A DNA stretch of 40,418 bases. It comes from an uncultured Candidatus Saccharibacteria bacterium (GTDB lineage Bacteria; Patescibacteriota; Minisyncoccia; Minisyncoccales; CAZWNE01). Both the position numbers and the translations under genes were made by a program. Numbering within the stretch: the first letter of the stretch is position 1; every line of letters begins with the position of its first letter. The notes beneath the pieces are model-generated. The model searched no databases. It had not been told where the DNA came from and saw only the letters and a list, made by a program, of their open reading frames with translations. This document shows, piece by piece, positions 38,401 through 40,418 of this stretch. The stretch spans positions 1 through 40,418 of the forward strand of contig CAZWNE010000003.1 of NCBI GenBank assembly GCA_964635155.1, read 5' to 3'.

Positions 38401-38667
38401 CTTTATCCTTAAGGGCGCCTCGTAAGAATCGTTATTTTTCTTTGCGTCAAAATCAGTTTTGTATTTTGACTCGCCGAGTTTAAAATCGGAAAACCAAATT
38501 TCAAATTCTTTGCCGGTATAATTTTTAATCGGAGAAACTTCGGCCAATAATTCTTTAAAATCATTATTCCAAAACTGAGCCCAGCTTTCTTTTTGCAGGG
38601 ACAATAAATATGGCGGTTTAAGAAAAATTTTGGCCTTATTAAAATTTTTTATTTTGATGTCAGCCAT
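35467..38667 (-). CDS. rpoB: DNA-directed RNA polymerase subunit beta
   Basis: ~1066 aa with conserved blocks [25 protein letters not shown] and [27 protein letters not shown]. The start is taken at ATG 38667 (MADIKIK); the track uses TTG 38676. Confidence 0.97.
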   Translation of the reverse strand: [1066 protein letters not shown]

Positions 38668-38780
38668 ACAAAACAAACGAAAAGACCCTAATGCTTATCT
38701 TGTTTTAGGGTAAAAATATTGAATTTTAACTTAAAAATGAGGGGGTCAATTATTTATCAAGTTTTTAATTCATTAAAAAT

Positions 38781-38812
38781 GCAGATGAAGATGAAGCTTT
38801 AGCTTCGTCGCC
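38781..38812 (-). repeat. double-hairpin repeat family 1, partial copy in the rpoB leader
   Basis: The minus strand reads GGCGACGAAGCTAAAGCTTCATCTTCATCTGC. Confidence 0.65.
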
Positions 38813-38841
38813 TAACAAAAGAAACCGATTACGTAAATTTA

Positions 38842-38870
38842 ATACTACTCCCTTTATTTTTTGGTGTCAA
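38842..38870 (-). promoter_or_regulatory. sigma70-like promoter upstream of rpoB
   Basis: The minus strand reads TTGACA (38870-38865), a 17-nt spacer, then TAGTAT (38847-38842). Confidence 0.4.
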
Positions 38871-38875
38871 GTACG

Positions 38876-38928
38876 CGAGTCCCGCAAAGCGGGACAAAGC
38901 GTGAAGATAAAGCTTTAGCTTCATCGCC
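38876..38928 (-). repeat. double-hairpin repeat family 1, full intergenic copy
   Basis: The minus strand reads GGCGATGAAGCTAAAGCTTTATCTTCACGCTTTGTCCCGCTTTGCGGGACTCG. It starts 2 nt after the TAG stop of the TPR gene and ends 5 nt before a TTGACA box. Confidence 0.75.
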
Positions 38929-38930
38929 AG

Positions 38931-40418
38931 CTACTTCTTGTTCAAATCGTTCAAGCGCAATTTTACTTCCTGATTATCCGGGTTTAATTCCAGCACTTTT
39001 TCAAAATAAGTTCTAGCTTTGGCATTATTCCCTTTTCTCTGCCAGGCCAAGCCCAAAGAATAAAGGGCGTTAGAATGATTGGGAAAGATTTGAAGCACGG
39101 TTTCGAACACGGCAATGCTGTCTTGCAATTGATTATTGTTATAGTAAAGCCGGCCGAGCCAGAATCTCAATTCCGCATTGAAGGGATTCGCTAAAACCAG
39201 ACTCTCCGTTGTTTTTATTGCTTCACTTATGTTCCCTTCTTGCTCTTGGACCAAGGCCTCCTGGAAAATGGCATCGATAAAATCTGGTTTTAATTCTTTG
39301 GCTTTGATTAATTGCTCTTTAGCTTTATTCAAATCATCCGGAATGTAAATTTTTGCCAGCTCGGTTCTTAATACGGGATTGGTGGGTTCTAATTCAATGG
39401 CTTTTTCAAATGATTTTATCGCCCAGTCAGCAGCTCCCTGAGTCATAATTCTTATATCTCTGTAAACCATAGCCATTGTTTCCCACGCCGCGACTTGGCC
39501 GGGCCCCCTTAAAACAGCTATTTTGGCAGTGTTAATGGCCTTGGCCACTTTCGTCTGAATAAGAGTGCCATCTGACTCCAAAACGGCATCTCGCAAATAA
39601 GTCCTGGCAAGAACTGTCCAATACTGGGCCTGATAAGGATTTAATTTCGCTGTTTTTTCAAGAAGAGCAATTCTAACTTTAGCATCAGCCGTTCTTTGAG
39701 CCTGAAGAAAGGTTTTGTCCGCCAGATAAAACCTGGCGCCAAAAAATATTAGCCCCAGGGCCCCAAGGCCGACCATAATTAAAATTGTTGTAAAAACTAA
39801 ATTCAGTTCTGGAAAATTTTTAAAAGAAAAAACTTTCTCTTTGATGGGTTTTTGCCAAGAAACCACCGACAGGGCCAGCACCAGCCAGAAAACAAAAGCT
39901 AGAATCGTATTCTGATAATAAACAAATTGGCTGACTACTAAAGCGGTAAAAGCCATGAATAAAGGCAGCTGGTAATTTTTTGCCTCCGAATTTTTATTCG
40001 TAAAAAAATAACTTACCAGCAAAAACATTGAAATTAGCGCCAGCCAAAAAAGAATGCCCAAAAATCCCATTGTGCCAAGAATTTCCGAAAAATAAGAACC
40101 CGACCGGTCAAATCTTATCTGCCAGAGCTGATTCTGATTGAAACTAACCGGCTTTTCTTTGGCAAAATCATAATGGAAAGTGCCGAGACCGGAACCAAAA
40201 AAAGCTGACTTGACATTATCGGTTGCCGATTTAAATCCGACCTGCCAGGAAATACTCTGCCCCAGCACCCGCTCTCGAGGTAATTGGAAATCAATTAAGT
40301 TGACGAAAAGAAATAAACTTGATACTAAAATCAAAAATATCGGCAGCAAGAGCTTGTTTACGTTTTCTTTAAAAATTCTCTTCCATAAAGCAAAACCCAG
40401 GAATAAAATTAGGCTCGC
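38931..40418 (-). CDS. polytopic membrane protein with C-terminal TPR repeats (O-antigen-ligase-like/TPR type); N-terminus off window
   Basis: The reading frame stays open from 40349 to the window end, so the track TTG start is not the true start. It has several hydrophobic helices, then TPR units (FEKAIELEPTNPV..., ALYSLGLAWQRKGNNAKARTYFEKVLELNPDN). Confidence 0.6.
   Translation of the reverse strand, partial: ASLILFLGFALWKRIFKENVNKLLLPIFLILVSSLFLFVNLIDFQLPRERVLGQSISWQVGFKSATDNVKSAFFGSGLGTFHYDFAKEKPVSFNQNQLWQIRFDRSGSYFSEILGTMGFLGILFWLALISMFLLVSYFFTNKNSEAKNYQLPLFMAFTALVVSQFVYYQNTILAFVFWLVLALSVVSWQKPIKEKVFSFKNFPELNLVFTTILIMVGLGALGLIFFGARFYLADKTFLQAQRTADAKVRIALLEKTAKLNPYQAQYWTVLARTYLRDAVLESDGTLIQTKVAKAINTAKIAVLRGPGQVAAWETMAMVYRDIRIMTQGAADWAIKSFEKAIELEPTNPVLRTELAKIYIPDDLNKAKEQLIKAKELKPDFIDAIFQEALVQEQEGNISEAIKTTESLVLANPFNAELRFWLGRLYYNNNQLQDSIAVFETVLQIFPNHSNALYSLGLAWQRKGNNAKARTYFEKVLELNPDNQEVKLRLNDLNKK

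Noticed and set aside
28022-38676. Inteins or group I/II introns in recA, ftsK, rpoC or rpoB.
   Set aside because: All four proteins are colinear with their families at normal or shorter lengths. There are no Cys/Ser...HN splice-junction blocks and no reverse transcriptase or LAGLIDADG ORFs.

Overview
AT-rich, tightly packed bacterial chromosomal segment. Its reduced gene architectures look like a small-genome CPR/Patescibacteria-type organism (inference only, no search was run). I support 42 protein-coding calls counting both uvrA fragments, and 2 tRNAs. Most genes are housekeeping: Nudix, HD, ACT and ASCH proteins, aldehyde dehydrogenase, lemA-htpX, groES-groEL, uvrA, capA, an M23 peptidase, uvrC, secG, an orphan family-5 solute-binding protein, PGI/PMI, galU, Asp racemase, RNase J, trpS, PMM/PGM, rpsF-ssb-rpsR, recA, ftsK, a GNAT, rpoB-rpoC and a TPR membrane protein. 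I saw no rRNA, CRISPR array, integrase or transposase. Signals worth a second look: (1) a GC-rich ~52-nt double-hairpin repeat family with six copies, two of them inserted in frame inside uvrC and the ASCH gene (RPE-like behaviour); (2) a 10-3-10 palindrome present inside uvrC and on both sides of the GNAT gene; (3) uvrA interrupted by one in-frame TAG and lacking the insertion domain; (4) a free-standing HNH endonuclease inserted between ssb and rpsR, with an in-frame TAA in its repeat-rich N-terminus; (5) a four-gene cassette of three tiny ORFs plus a caspase-fold-like protein next to the 3' end of tRNA-Ser; (6) a serine-protease cassette apparently inserted into the 3' end of uvrA; (7) a GC-rich multi-hairpin noncoding island. 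All product calls rest on motifs recognised by eye and should be confirmed with HMM or BLAST searches.
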